From Chloroflexota bacterium (GTDB lineage Bacteria; Chloroflexota; Limnocylindria; Limnocylindrales; CSP1-4): 44,688 nucleotides of DNA. Numbering within the stretch: the stretch's first letter is position 1; each line of letters starts with the position of its first letter. Below the pieces are notes generated by a model. The model ran no database searches, was not told the origin of the DNA, and saw only the letters and a program-made list of their open reading frames with translations. Positions 8,477 through 18,410 of this stretch are shown piece by piece. The stretch covers positions 1 to 44,688 of the forward strand of contig JAKAHU010000001.1 of NCBI GenBank assembly GCA_021825385.1, read 5' to 3'. The position numbers and the translations under genes were made by a program.

Positions 8477-9417
8477 TGGCGGGCGCGGGCGGTTGCCGGG
8501 GTTGGCGGTTCCCCCTCGCCGCCGGGCCGGCTTCCGGGCGGGGCGGCGGGGCTGCGGGTCGCGGCCGGCCCGAGGAGGCGGCCGAGGCCGGCACGCCGCT
8601 GACCTCCGCGCGAGGGGCGCCCGAAGCGCGGCCGGCCCCGGGACGGGTTGAGCAGGGCCGTGATCGCCCTGGCCAGCTGTGCCTCGTGCAGGTTGCGCAC
8701 GATCCGGGCCCGTTCGACGAGGCTGATCTGGCCGTTCTCCTCGGAGACGACGACGACGAGGGCATCGGTCTGCTCGGTGATCCCGAGCGCGGCCCGGTGA
8801 CGCGTCCCGAAGCGCTCGGCCTGGACGGTCGTCTCGGCCAGCGGCAGGAGTGCCCCGGCGGCCAGGATCCGTTCGCCCCGGATGACGACCGCGCCGTCAT
8901 GGAGCGCCGAGTGGGGAGTGAAGATCGTCTGGAGCAGGTCGGCCGAGAGATCGGCGTGGAGCATCACCCCGGTCTCGGCGATCTCCTCGAGGCCGGTCTC
9001 GCGCTCGATCACGATCAGGGCCCCGTGGCCCTCGGCCGAGAGCAGGCTGGCCGCCCGGGCGACGGCGCTGGCGACAGTCTCGGCGGTCCGCTGGTCGGCC
9101 GGGGCGAGGAGCCAGGCCAGCGAGCCGACCCGTCCGATCTGCTCGAGGGCGCGCCGGAGCTCGGGCTGGAAGATGACGACGAGGGCGAACAGGCCGACCA
9201 CGGCGCCGGTCTGGAGGATCTGGCTCAGCAGGCGCAGCTCGAGCGCCTGGGCGGCGGCATAGACCCCGAACAGAACCGAAACCCCGATCACGAGGCGGAC
9301 CGCCCGCGTCCCCCGGATCAGGCTGAAGAGCCAGTAGATGAGCAGGGCGGTGATCGTGATGTCGATCAGCGTCGACAGCCGGATCTGATCGAGGATCGAC
9401 TGGAGGAGCTGGGACAT
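8473..9417 (-). CDS. cdaA: diadenylate cyclase CdaA (c-di-AMP synthase)
   Basis: 314 aa with three N-terminal TM helices. The DAC domain has the HDGAVVI and GTRHRAALG motifs. A Pro/Arg/Gly-rich C-terminal tail follows. Confidence 0.9.
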   Translation of the reverse strand: MSQLLQSILDQIRLSTLIDITITALLIYWLFSLIRGTRAVRLVIGVSVLFGVYAAAQALELRLLSQILQTGAVVGLFALVVIFQPELRRALEQIGRVGSLAWLLAPADQRTAETVASAVARAASLLSAEGHGALIVIERETGLEEIAETGVMLHADLSADLLQTIFTPHSALHDGAVVIRGERILAAGALLPLAETTVQAERFGTRHRAALGITEQTDALVVVVSEENGQISLVERARIVRNLHEAQLARAITALLNPSRGRPRFGRPSRGGQRRAGLGRLLGPAATRSPAAPPGSRPGGEGEPPTPATARARQ

Positions 9418-9488
9418 CGTCGCCTGAGTGTAGCATCGCGACCGGCTCCCCCTGCGCGCCCGGCCGGGGCGCGGGTCCGGTCCACGGC

Positions 9489-10517
9489 TTAGCCGGGAGG
9501 GCCGGACTCGTCGGGCCGGGCTCCGACGGGCTCGCCCGGACGGGTGCCCGACAGGGCTGTGACCCGGGCCAGGGTCGCACGATCACCATCGAGTTCGGCG
9601 AGCCGGGTGAGCAGGGCGATCTTCTCGGTCGCCAGCTCGCGCCAGCCGCGGGCCAGGTAGAGGTCGACCAGCGCCAGGTGGAGCTCGGGATCGTCGGGGG
9701 CGATCGAGAGGGCCTGATAGCAGGCGTCGAGGGCGGCATCGGCCCGGTCGGTCGAGCCGAGCATTCGGGCGGCCGCGAGCAGGGCATCCCGGGCCGGCCC
9801 CGGCTCTCCGGCATCGATTGCCGCCTCGGCCCGTTCGAGCCAGGTCTCGGGCATCGTGGCGGTCACCTCCGGCACGGGCTCCGGCGGCGGGACGGCGGCC
9901 TCCGCCGGAGCGGGCGTCTCGGCCAGGGGGATCGGACCGGGCGTCGGTTCGGGAGCGGCGACGGCCTCAGCCGTGCCTGCCGTGCCGGGCCCGACCTCGC
10001 CGGGCTCGACCGGTGAGACGCCAGCCTCGAGCACCCGCACGGCCCGGGCCAGGGCCTCCTCGGCCACCCGGTCGGGCCCGCTCTCACGGATCAGCCGGAC
10101 CAGCCGCTGGAGCGATCGGCGCCGGCTCCGCGACTCGGCCAGCTCGAGGGCATGGCGGACAGAATCGAGCGCCTCGACGGGACGCCCGGCGGCATCCTGG
10201 ACCTCGGCCACGAGATCGAGCGTCCGGGCAGCCTCGACCGCCCGACCCGCCCGGGCCAGTGCCTCGGCCCGACCGAGGAGCGCAGCCTCATCGCGGGGCG
10301 CTCTGGCCAGAGCCGCGTCGAAGGCCGCCAGCGCCTCCTCCGGCCGGCCGCGGCGAAGCTCGACGTGACCGATGCTCGTGTGCGGCAGCGCCCGCTCGGT
10401 GGCGATCGAGGCCGCCTCGTGGTACGCCGCGAGGGCCGCCTCGAGCTGGCCGCGGAGCGCCGCGACATGTCCCCGTCGCAGGGCGTCTTTGTACCGCTCG
10501 TAAACGGCTTCGCTCAC
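9489..10517 (-). CDS. tetratricopeptide-repeat (TPR-like) protein with a central Pro/Ala/Glu-rich linker
   Basis: 342 aa. The GTG start has GGAGG 5 nt upstream. Ala/Leu/Arg-rich helical repeats of TPR type (e.g. EEALAAFDAALARAPRDEAALLGRAEALARAG) flank a PEP-rich linker. Confidence 0.65.
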   Translation of the reverse strand: MSEAVYERYKDALRRGHVAALRGQLEAALAAYHEAASIATERALPHTSIGHVELRRGRPEEALAAFDAALARAPRDEAALLGRAEALARAGRAVEAARTLDLVAEVQDAAGRPVEALDSVRHALELAESRSRRRSLQRLVRLIRESGPDRVAEEALARAVRVLEAGVSPVEPGEVGPGTAGTAEAVAAPEPTPGPIPLAETPAPAEAAVPPPEPVPEVTATMPETWLERAEAAIDAGEPGPARDALLAAARMLGSTDRADAALDACYQALSIAPDDPELHLALVDLYLARGWRELATEKIALLTRLAELDGDRATLARVTALSGTRPGEPVGARPDESGPPG

Positions 10518-10545
10518 CGGCGCCTCCGGCGGGCTGAAGCGGCCG

Positions 10546-10944
10546 CTAGCGCTTCGTGTACTGCGGCGCCTTGCGGGCCCGCTTCAGGCCGTACTTCTTG
10601 CGCTCCTTCATCCGTGGATCGCGGGTCAGCAGGCCGGCCTGGCGCAGCGGCAGGCGATTCCCCTCCGGGTCGATCTGGAGCAGGGCCCGGGCGATGCCGT
10701 GGCGGATCGCACCGGCCTGGCCGGTCACCCCACCGCCCTCGACCTTGATCATCGCGTTGAACCGGCCGTCCGTGCCGGTCACCCGGAACGGCAGGCGGAC
10801 GTCGGATTCATTGATCGCATTGCCGAAATGCTCGTCGAGGGAGCGCCCGTTGACGACGATCTCGCCCTCGCCCGGCAGGAGCCGGACCCGGGCAACGGCG
10901 GTCTTGCGGCGACCGGTTCCATAGAAGAATGCGGACGTGGTCAT
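10546..10944 (-). CDS. rpsI: 30S ribosomal protein S9
   Basis: 132 aa. The C-terminus [29 protein letters not shown] is the S9 hallmark. Confidence 0.97.
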   Translation of the reverse strand: MTTSAFFYGTGRRKTAVARVRLLPGEGEIVVNGRSLDEHFGNAINESDVRLPFRVTGTDGRFNAMIKVEGGGVTGQAGAIRHGIARALLQIDPEGNRLPLRQAGLLTRDPRMKERKKYGLKRARKAPQYTKR

Positions 10945-10960
10945 GCTGGCAGGCTCCTCG

Positions 10961-11395
10961 TCAGGCGAGCGGCTCGGGCCGCTGGGCCTGGTGCGGGTGG
11001 TCCGGTCCGGGGTAGATCTTCAGCTTGCGAAGCTGCTGGGTCCCGAGCCGATTGTGCTGGAGCATCCCCTTGACCGCGCGGCGGATGACTTCCTCGGGCC
11101 GGCGCTCGAGCAGGTGGCCCAGCGTCTCCTGCTTGAAGCCCTGGGGATAGCCGCTGTGGCGGATGTACAGCTTCGATTCCCGCTTGTCGCGGCTCACCGC
11201 CACCCGGGCGGCATTGAGGACGATGACGTGATCGCCCGAATCGAGGTGCGGCGTGAAGGTGGGCTTGTGCTTGCCCTCGAGGACACGGGCGATCCGCGAC
11301 GCCAGGCGGCCGAGCGTCTCGTCCGTCGCGTCGACGACGTACCAGCGTCGCTCGATCTCGCTCTCGCGGAGCGTGTATGTCTTCGCGGTCTTCAT
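10961..11395 (-). CDS. rplM: 50S ribosomal protein L13
   Basis: 144 aa. [19 protein letters not shown] and [21 protein letters not shown] are present. The start overlaps the truA stop (ATGA). Confidence 0.97.
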   Translation of the reverse strand: MKTAKTYTLRESEIERRWYVVDATDETLGRLASRIARVLEGKHKPTFTPHLDSGDHVIVLNAARVAVSRDKRESKLYIRHSGYPQGFKQETLGHLLERRPEEVIRRAVKGMLQHNRLGTQQLRKLKIYPGPDHPHQAQRPEPLA

Positions 11396-12159
11396 GGCCT
11401 CGTTTCTGTCCTGTCATCCCGGCCTGGGCCGCGTCGACCAAGGACGACGCGCCGCAGGCACAACCCCCTGGCCGGTGCCACCGCCCCGTGGAGGGCCGGT
11501 CGTCGCGAGGCCAGGATCGCCGCGACCTGTTGTTCATCGATCTTGCCACGGCCGGCCTCGATCAGGACGGCCACGATCCGGCGGACCATCCCCCGCAGGA
11601 AGGCGTCGGCCGCGACGTCGATCGTCACGAGCGACCCTGCGCGCCGGACCCGGACCCAATGGACGGTCCGGACCGGCTGGCGGTCCGCCGCCCCGAAGGC
11701 GCTGAAGTCGTGCCGGCCCACGAGGACCGACCCGACCCGCTCCATCGCGGCGGTGTCGAGCGGGACCCGCACCCCGAGCGCCATCCGCTCGCGAAGCGGG
11801 CTGCGCGGCCCGTTCCAGACGGTGTAACGGTACTCCCGGTACCGCGCCGCATGGCGTGGGTGGAACCCGGCCGAGACGCGCCGCAGGTCGCGGATCGCCA
11901 CGTCCACCGGAAGGAGTGCATTCAGCGCCCGTTCCAGTTCCTCCGCCGGCAGCCGCCCGGCGTCGGTGAACGCGATCACCTGCCCGCTGGCATGCACCCC
12001 GGCATCGGTTCGGCCCGCCGCATCGACCCGCCGGCGGATCCCCCCGGACAGGCGGCTCAGTGCGGCTTCGAGTTCTCCCTGGACCGTCCGGCGACCAGGC
12101 TGGGCCTGGAACCCGGCGAAGTCCGTGCCGTCATATTCGACCCGCGCGCGGTAGCGCAC
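11392..12159 (-). CDS. truA: tRNA pseudouridine(38-40) synthase
   Basis: 255 aa, GTG start. [18 protein letters not shown] and the catalytic GRTDAGVHA are present. Confidence 0.93.
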   Translation of the reverse strand: MRYRARVEYDGTDFAGFQAQPGRRTVQGELEAALSRLSGGIRRRVDAAGRTDAGVHASGQVIAFTDAGRLPAEELERALNALLPVDVAIRDLRRVSAGFHPRHAARYREYRYTVWNGPRSPLRERMALGVRVPLDTAAMERVGSVLVGRHDFSAFGAADRQPVRTVHWVRVRRAGSLVTIDVAADAFLRGMVRRIVAVLIEAGRGKIDEQQVAAILASRRPALHGAVAPARGLCLRRVVLGRRGPGRDDRTETRP

Positions 12160-12318
12160 GGGTGCGCCCTCTCGAGCGCCTAACGATCGCCGCAGTCCCA
12201 GCTCACACCTGCGTTGGCGCGTCCGCGCGCGTGCTCACGCATCCCCGATGCGCTCGCTCGTGTGCTCCGCGCCGCCCTGGCCTGCCCGGGCCGAGCGGCG
12301 ATCTGGTCCATCTCACGA

Positions 12319-12672
12319 TCAGACGAGCTCAATCTGGACGATTTCCGCCGCGTCGCCCAGTCGCTGTCCGAGGCGCACGATCCGGGTGTAGCCGGACGTC
12401 CGGTCGGCATACTTGGGCGCGATCTCGTGGAACAGCTTGTCCACGACGAGCGGCTCATTGGGAAACGCGGCGATCACCGCCCGCCGGGCGGCGAGGTCGC
12501 CCCGCTTGGCCAGAGTGATCATGCGCTCGACGCGGCCGCGAACCTCCTTGGCCTTCGCCTCGGTGGTCCGAACCCGCTCGTAGCGCAGGATCGACACGGT
12601 CAGGTTCCTGTACAGCGCCATCCGCGGCCCGTGCTTGCGGCTCAGTTTGCGGCCATCGATCCGGTGGGCCAT
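12319..12672 (-). CDS. rplQ: 50S ribosomal protein L17
   Basis: 117 aa. MAHRIDGRKLSRKHGPRMALYRNL...TTEAKAKE is present. Confidence 0.97.
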   Translation of the reverse strand: MAHRIDGRKLSRKHGPRMALYRNLTVSILRYERVRTTEAKAKEVRGRVERMITLAKRGDLAARRAVIAAFPNEPLVVDKLFHEIAPKYADRTSGYTRIVRLGQRLGDAAEIVQIELV

Positions 12673-12675
12673 GGC

Positions 12676-13698
12676 TCAGCCCTCCTCGTCCGCTGCGAAC
12701 GGCTCGTTCCCGGACTCGTTGTCGGCCGGCTCGTCGTCGAGCTCGCCATCCGACCCGGCCTCGGGCTCCGTGTCGGCGACGATGAAGCCGCGCATCCGGA
12801 GGCGCTCCTTCATCTCGTCGAGCGACTTCTTACCGAAGTTGCGCATCCGGAGCAGATCGTCGTCCGACAGCTGGAGGAGCTGGCCGACCTTGACGATGTT
12901 GTTCCGCTTCAGCGAGTTGTACGCGCGCATCGGCAGGTCGAGTTCCTCGATCGGCATGTCGAGCATGTTCGGCGGCAGCGACGGGACCCCAGCCACGGCC
13001 CGGTCCGTTGCCCCGGCGACCATGCCGATCGTCACGAACGGCTGGAACTGACGGACGAGGATGTCGGCCGCCCGGGAGAGTGCCTCCTCCGGGGTGATCG
13101 TGCCGTCGGTCTCGATCTCGATCGTCAGCCTGTCGTAGTTCGTCATCTGGCCGACGCGCATCGCCTCGACCCAGTAGTTCACCTTGCGGACTGGGGTGAA
13201 GATCGCGTCGACCGAGATCACCCCGATCGGCAGCGACTCAGCCCGGTCGGCCGAGACGTACCCGATCCCGCGCTCGACGGTCAGGTCCATCTCGATCGTC
13301 ACGTCGTCCGAATCGAGGGTCATCAGGAGCTGGTCGGGATTGACGATCTCGACGTCGGCCGACTCGGTGATGTCGGCGGCGGTCACCGGGCCTGCCCCGC
13401 TCTTGATCAGCTTGAGCTGGACCGGATGGGAGGCGAAGCTCTTGAGGCGGAGCTTCTTCACATTGAGGACGATCTGGGTGACGTCCTCCTTGACGCCCGG
13501 GATCGTGGAGAACTCCTGGTACACGTCCCGGATCTGGATGGCGGTGACGGCCGCGCCCTCGAGCGAGGAGAGGAGCACCCGGCGGAGGGCGTTGCCCAGC
13601 GTGACGCCATAGCCGGCCTGGAGTGGCCCGGCCTCGTACTTGGCGTACGTGCCGCGGTCCTCGACCGGCTCGATCTGCGGGCTCTCGAGTTCGATCAT
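12676..13698 (-). CDS. rpoA: DNA-directed RNA polymerase subunit alpha
   Basis: 340 aa. Alpha NTD (GNALRRVLLSS) and CTD (MRAYNSLKRNNIVKVGQLL) are present, followed by an acidic tail. Confidence 0.97.
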   Translation of the reverse strand: MIELESPQIEPVEDRGTYAKYEAGPLQAGYGVTLGNALRRVLLSSLEGAAVTAIQIRDVYQEFSTIPGVKEDVTQIVLNVKKLRLKSFASHPVQLKLIKSGAGPVTAADITESADVEIVNPDQLLMTLDSDDVTIEMDLTVERGIGYVSADRAESLPIGVISVDAIFTPVRKVNYWVEAMRVGQMTNYDRLTIEIETDGTITPEEALSRAADILVRQFQPFVTIGMVAGATDRAVAGVPSLPPNMLDMPIEELDLPMRAYNSLKRNNIVKVGQLLQLSDDDLLRMRNFGKKSLDEMKERLRMRGFIVADTEPEAGSDGELDDEPADNESGNEPFAADEEG

Positions 13699-13708
13699 GG
13701 TCTGGGGG

Positions 13709-14335
13709 TTACCTCGAGTAGTACTCGACCACGAGCTGCTCGTTCAGATCGAGCGGCATCTGGTCGCGGCGCGGCAGGTCGACGACGGTCCCGGCCAGCT
13801 TGGCGGGCTCGACGCTCAGCCACTCCGGCGCCTGGTGGGAGCGGAGCGTCTCCTTGGCCATCTTGAACGGTTCGCGGCTGGCCCGTGACTCACGGACCGC
13901 AATCCGGTCACCCGGCTTGAGCTGGAAGGACGGGATGCTCGTCGGGCGACCGTTGACCGCGAAGTGGCCGTGGCCCACGAGCTGGCGGGCCTGGGCGCGC
14001 GAGCCCGCGAACCCGAGCCGGTAGACGACGTTGTCGAGACGGAGCTCGAGCATCCGGAGCAGGTTCTCACCGGTTACGCCGGGCCGTGCCTCGGCCAGAT
14101 CGAAGTAATTGCGGAACTGGCGCTCGAGGACCGCGTAAACGCGGCGGACCTTCTGCTTCTCGCGCAGCTGGACCCCGTAGTCGCCGACCTTACGCCGGCG
14201 CACGCCATGCTGGCCCGGGGGGCTTGGGCGTCGCTCGAAAGCGCACTTCTTGGTATAGCAGCGGGAGCCCTTCAGGAAGAGCTTGGTGCCCTCCCGGCGG
14301 CACAGCCGGCAGACGGATTCGGTGTAGCGGGCCAT
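13709..14335 (-). CDS. rpsD: 30S ribosomal protein S4 (Cys4 N-terminal form)
   Basis: 208 aa. [31 protein letters not shown] carries four Cys, and an S4 RNA-binding domain follows. Confidence 0.97.
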   Translation of the reverse strand: MARYTESVCRLCRREGTKLFLKGSRCYTKKCAFERRPSPPGQHGVRRRKVGDYGVQLREKQKVRRVYAVLERQFRNYFDLAEARPGVTGENLLRMLELRLDNVVYRLGFAGSRAQARQLVGHGHFAVNGRPTSIPSFQLKPGDRIAVRESRASREPFKMAKETLRSHQAPEWLSVEPAKLAGTVVDLPRRDQMPLDLNEQLVVEYYSR

Positions 14336-14351
14336 TGGATCCCCTTCTCGC

Positions 14352-14747
14352 TCAGACCCGGCGCCGCTTGGGCGGGCGGCAGCCGTTGTGCGGGATGGGC
14401 GTCACGTCGGTGATCGCGGTGACCTCGAGGCCGGCGGCCTGAAGTGACCGGATCGCCTGCTCGCGACCGGCTCCCGGACCCTTGACGTACACCTCGACCT
14501 GGCGCATCCCGTGCTCCATGGCGCGACGGGCTGCACCCTCGGCGCTGAGCGCGGCCGCGTATGGCGTGCTCTTGCGGGAGCCCTTGAACCCGGCCACCCC
14601 GGCCGAACCCCAGCTGATGACGGCACCCGCGGGGTCCGTGATCGTGATGATCGTGTTGTTGAACGTCGCCTGGATGTGGGCGTGCCCCTGGGGCACGTTC
14701 TTCCGCTCCCGGCGTCGCTGCTTGGTCGCCCGCTTGCGCTCGGCCAT
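14352..14747 (-). CDS. rpsK: 30S ribosomal protein S11
   Basis: 131 aa. [15 protein letters not shown]...[10 protein letters not shown]...[13 protein letters not shown] is present. Confidence 0.97.
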   Translation of the reverse strand: MAERKRATKQRRRERKNVPQGHAHIQATFNNTIITITDPAGAVISWGSAGVAGFKGSRKSTPYAAALSAEGAARRAMEHGMRQVEVYVKGPGAGREQAIRSLQAAGLEVTAITDVTPIPHNGCRPPKRRRV

Positions 14748-14763
14748 GCCTCTGTCAGACCCC

Positions 14764-15135
14764 TTACTTCTTTCGCCGGACGCCGACCGTCTTCTTCGGT
14801 CCGCGCCGCTGGCGTGCGTTCGTCTTCGTTCGCTGACCGCGCACCGGCAGGTTGCGCCGGTGGCGCAGGCCGCGGTACGAGCCGATCTCGATCAATCGCT
14901 TGATGTTCAGGGCGACCTCGCGACGCAGATCTCCCTCGACTTTGTAGCGCCGGTCGATCAGCTCACGCAGCCGGTTCACCTGCTCCTCGGTCAGATCGCG
15001 GACCCGGGTATCCGGGTTGATGTTCGTCTGGGCGAGGATCTTCTGGCTGGTCGGCAGGCCGAGCCCGTAGATGTACGTGAGAGCGACCTCGACGCGCTTT
15101 TCGCGCGGGATGTCGACGCCGGCGATGCGTGCCAT
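14764..15135 (-). CDS. rpsM: 30S ribosomal protein S13
   Basis: 123 aa. [26 protein letters not shown] is present. Confidence 0.97.
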   Translation of the reverse strand: MARIAGVDIPREKRVEVALTYIYGLGLPTSQKILAQTNINPDTRVRDLTEEQVNRLRELIDRRYKVEGDLRREVALNIKRLIEIGSYRGLRHRRNLPVRGQRTKTNARQRRGPKKTVGVRRKK

Positions 15136-15138
15136 CGG

Positions 15139-15252
15139 TTACCCCTGCCGCTGCTTGTGCTTCGGGTTGGTGCAGATGACCATCACGGTGCCATGGCGAC
15201 GGATGACCTTGCAGTTGTCGCAGCGCGCCTTGACGGAGGCTCTGACTTTCAA
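15139..15252 (-). CDS. rpmJ: 50S ribosomal protein L36 (zinc-binding form)
   Basis: Absent from the ORF track (37 aa). My hand translation of the reverse strand from TTG at 15252 gives [37 protein letters not shown] followed by TAA. GAGGG lies 5 nt upstream. Confidence 0.9.
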   Translation of the reverse strand: MKVRASVKARCDNCKVIRRHGTVMVICTNPKHKQRQG

Positions 15253-15283
15253 CGGACCCTCGATCTGTGTGACAGGTGATTCG

Positions 15284-15502
15284 TTACCTCAGCCGGTACG
15301 TGATCCGGCCTCGGGAGAGATCGTATGGAGAGAGCTCGACGCGAACCCGGTCGCCGGGCAGGATCCTGATGAAGTTCATCCGGAGCTTGCCGCTGATGTG
15401 GGCCAGGACGCGGTGGCCGTTCTCGAGCTCGACGGCGAACATCGTGTTCGGGAGCGGCTCGATCACCGTTCCTTCGACTTCGATCGCGTCCTTCTTGGCC
15501 AC
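15284..15502 (-). CDS. infA: translation initiation factor IF-1
   Basis: 72 aa, GTG start. [52 protein letters not shown] is present. Confidence 0.96.
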   Translation of the reverse strand: MAKKDAIEVEGTVIEPLPNTMFAVELENGHRVLAHISGKLRMNFIRILPGDRVRVELSPYDLSRGRITYRLR

Positions 15503-15603
15503 AGGCTCTTCGTCTTCCCTTTCTCGTGCTGCGTGCCGGCCTCAGGGCCGACACACGAACGCAAAGGGTACCAAAAACGCCGCGCGCCGGCAACTGGACC
15601 CCA

Positions 15604-16380
15604 TCATGCGAGCGTCAGGATCTCGGGGCCGTTGTCGGTCACCGCGATCGTGTGCTCGAAGTGCGCCGCCAGCGAGCCGTCGCGGGTCGCGACCGTCCAG
15701 CCATCGGCTTTGATGTACACCTCTTCCCGGCCCAGCGTGAGCATCGGCTCGATCGCCAGGCAGATCCCCGGCGCCAGCCGGAGGCCCCTCGAGGCGGACC
15801 GGTAGTTCGGGACCTGAGGCTCCTCGTGCATCGAGGTGCCGATCCCATGGCCGACGAACTGGCGGACGATCCCATAGCCGCCCGCCCGGGCGACCTCCTC
15901 GACCGCCGCGCCGATGTCGGCGATCCAGTGGCCGGAGACCGCCGCCGCGATCCCGGCCATCATCGCCAGACGGGTCGTCTCGACCAGCCGGCGGGCCTCC
16001 GGCGCCGCGTCGCCGACGACGAACGTGCGGGCCGCGTCGCCGTGCCAGCCCTCGACGATCGCCCCGGCGTCGACCGACACGATCTGTCCCTCCCGGATCA
16101 CCCGCTCGCCGGGGATGCCGTGGACGACCTCGTCGTCGATCGAGACGCAGATGCTGGCCGGGAAGGCACCCGGACCGGCGCCGTATCTCCCGCCGCCGAG
16201 ATAGCCTTTGAACGAGGGCACCGCCCCGGCGGCCCGGATGTGACGCTCGGCGAGGGCATCGAGCTGGGCGGTCGTGATGCCCGGCCGAAGCGCGTCCTCG
16301 ACGAGCGCCAAGACCTCGGCCACGACCCGTCCGGCACGGCGCATCTTCTCGATCTCGGCACGCGACTTGCGGGTGACCAC
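15604..16380 (-). CDS. map: type I methionine aminopeptidase
   Basis: KSRAEIEKMRRAGRVV, VVHGIP and the metal-ligand pattern are present. I prefer the GTG at 16380, one nt after the adk stop, because it gives a canonical N-terminal length. The track ORF start at ATG 16416 would overlap adk by 35 nt and has no SD. Confidence 0.88.
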   Translation of the reverse strand: MVTRKSRAEIEKMRRAGRVVAEVLALVEDALRPGITTAQLDALAERHIRAAGAVPSFKGYLGGGRYGAGPGAFPASICVSIDDEVVHGIPGERVIREGQIVSVDAGAIVEGWHGDAARTFVVGDAAPEARRLVETTRLAMMAGIAAAVSGHWIADIGAAVEEVARAGGYGIVRQFVGHGIGTSMHEEPQVPNYRSASRGLRLAPGICLAIEPMLTLGREEVYIKADGWTVATRDGSLAAHFEHTIAVTDNGPEILTLA

Positions 16381-16381
16381 C

Positions 16382-17047
16382 TCAGGCCCGCCAGTACGGC
16401 TTGGGCTCGATCGCATCGAGCAGGTCGGCGGTGACGGCCGCGATCGGCCGCCGGCCGTCGATCACGCGCAGGATGCCGAGCGGACGATAGTAGTCGACGA
16501 CCTCGCGCAGCCCCCCCAGCTGGTTCTCCAGGCGGGCCCGGACGACCTCGGGCCGGTCGTCGTCACGCTGAACGAGCGGCGAGCCGTCGACATCACAGAC
16601 GCCCGGCACGCGCGGTGGGTAGGCCACCTCGTGGTACGTGTGGCCGTGGGCCTGGCACACCCAGCGGCCGGACAGGCGCGCCAGGAGCTCGTCCTCGGGA
16701 ACGGCGATGTACAGGGCGAGCTCGACCCGGCTGCCACGCTTGGCGAGCGACTCGTCGAGCGCACTCGCCTGAGCCCGGTTGCGCGGGAAGCCGTCGAGGA
16801 TCGCGCCGTGCGAGGCGTCCGGGGCGTCGAGCCGCTCGAGGAGCATCCGCACGGTCGTCTCGTCGGGCACGAACTCGCCCCGCTCCATGAACTCCTTGAC
16901 CTCGAGACCGAGTGGCGTCCCGGCCCGGACCGCGGCCCGGAAGAGGTCACCGGTGGCGATCCGCGGCAGGCCGAGATGGCGCGCCAGGATGTGCGCCTGG
17001 GTGCCTTTGCCTGCCCCCGGCGCCCCGAGCAGGACGAGGATCCTCAT
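16382..17047 (-). CDS. adk: adenylate kinase
   Basis: 221 aa. The P-loop is MRILVLLGAPGAGKGTQA, and the LID segment has a C..H...C..D pattern. Confidence 0.96.
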   Translation of the reverse strand: MRILVLLGAPGAGKGTQAHILARHLGLPRIATGDLFRAAVRAGTPLGLEVKEFMERGEFVPDETTVRMLLERLDAPDASHGAILDGFPRNRAQASALDESLAKRGSRVELALYIAVPEDELLARLSGRWVCQAHGHTYHEVAYPPRVPGVCDVDGSPLVQRDDDRPEVVRARLENQLGGLREVVDYYRPLGILRVIDGRRPIAAVTADLLDAIEPKPYWRA

Positions 17048-17129
17048 CGACCGGCTGGGGCGCAGGTCTCGCGCATGTCGGCCGGCTGGCGGCGGCCGGT
17101 CAGACCTCGACGACGATGAGCGGGCCGGA

Positions 17130-18407
17130 TCACCTGATGAAGCCCTCGTAGTTGCGCATCATCAGCTGCGCCTCCACCTGCTTCATCGTCTCGACGACGA
17201 CGCTGACCACGATCAGCAGACTCGTGCCACCGAGCGACAGCCCACCCAGGCCGGGCAGGATCGCGCTGACCACGAACGGGGCGACCGCGACCGCACCGAG
17301 GAAGAACGCCCCCGCGATCGTGATCCGCTGCACGATCCGGGCCAGGTAGTCCTGGGTGGGACGCCCGGGACGGATGCCCGGGATGAACCCGCCGTTCTTG
17401 CGCAGCTGCTCGGCCGTCTCGTCGGGCTTGAACGTGAACGCGGTGTAGAAGTACGTAAAGCCGACGGTCAGCAGGAAGTAGAGCAGGCCGTAGATGAACT
17501 GGTTCTGGAAGAAGGCGACGATCGCCTGGGCGGCATCCCTGACGAGGCCCACCTGGGAGGTCGTGAAGTACTGGGCGATCTGGCTCGGGAAGAGCAGGAT
17601 GCTGACCGCGAAGATGATCGGGATGACACCGGCCTGGTTCACCCGCAGGGGCAGGAACGTCGATCCGCCCTGGTACATCCGCCGGCCGCGGACCCGGCTG
17701 GCGTACTGAATCGGGATCCGCCGCTGGCCCTCCTGGATGTAGATGATCACCGCCACCGCGGCAAAGCCGAGGACGGCGAAGATGATCGCCGAGGCCCAGT
17801 CCGGGCTCTCGAGGAAGCGCTGGATGGTGACCGGGACCCGGCTGACGATGCCGGCGAAGATGATGAAGCTGATCCCGTTGCCGATCCCCTTCTCGGTGAT
17901 CAGCTCGCCGAGCCACATCAGCAGGATCGACCCGGCGGTCAGGGTGAGGATCTGGGTGACCGTCTCGAAGCTCGCCAGATCGAACCGCCCGGTGAGGATG
18001 CGCTGGGAATTCAGGAGGGCGAGGAAGCCGTAGGCCTGAAGCATCGCCAGGGGGACGGTCAGGTAGCGGGTGTACTGGTTGATCTTGTTGCGCCCGTATT
18101 CGCCCTCGCGGCTGAGCGCGGTCAGGGCCGGGATGACGCCGGTCATCAGCTGGATGATGATCGAGGCGTTGATGTACGGGTTCACCCCGAGCCCGACGAC
18201 CGAGAAGTTCGACAGACCGCCACCCGAGAAGAGGTCGAGCAGGCCGAACAGCTGGTTGCCGGCGAAGAAGTCGGCGAGGGCGGTCCGGTCGACGCCCGGC
18301 ACCGGCACCTGGGCCAGGAGCCTGAATACGACCAGGATCCCCAGCACGAACAGGACCCGGCGCCGGATGTCCGGCGCCCGGAACGCGTTGATCAGGGATT
18401 CGAACAC
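17130..18407 (-). CDS. secY: preprotein translocase subunit SecY
   Basis: 425 aa with ten hydrophobic segments. It sits at the conserved position after rplO. Confidence 0.96.
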   Translation of the reverse strand: MFESLINAFRAPDIRRRVLFVLGILVVFRLLAQVPVPGVDRTALADFFAGNQLFGLLDLFSGGGLSNFSVVGLGVNPYINASIIIQLMTGVIPALTALSREGEYGRNKINQYTRYLTVPLAMLQAYGFLALLNSQRILTGRFDLASFETVTQILTLTAGSILLMWLGELITEKGIGNGISFIIFAGIVSRVPVTIQRFLESPDWASAIIFAVLGFAAVAVIIYIQEGQRRIPIQYASRVRGRRMYQGGSTFLPLRVNQAGVIPIIFAVSILLFPSQIAQYFTTSQVGLVRDAAQAIVAFFQNQFIYGLLYFLLTVGFTYFYTAFTFKPDETAEQLRKNGGFIPGIRPGRPTQDYLARIVQRITIAGAFFLGAVAVAPFVVSAILPGLGGLSLGGTSLLIVVSVVVETMKQVEAQLMMRNYEGFIR

Positions 18408-18410
18408 GGG

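Noticed and set aside
9418-9488. TACACT -10-like hexamer 10 nt upstream of the cdaA ATG as a promoter
   Set aside because: There is no acceptable -35 hexamer at 16-18 nt (GCAGGG), and the position would give an almost leaderless transcript. This is probably a chance match.
12160-12318. Intrinsic terminator or promoter in the 159-nt rplQ-truA spacer
   Set aside because: I found only short stems (e.g. CGCAUC-GGGG-GAUGCG) without a U tract, and no convincing -35/-10 pair. The support is not enough to call a feature.
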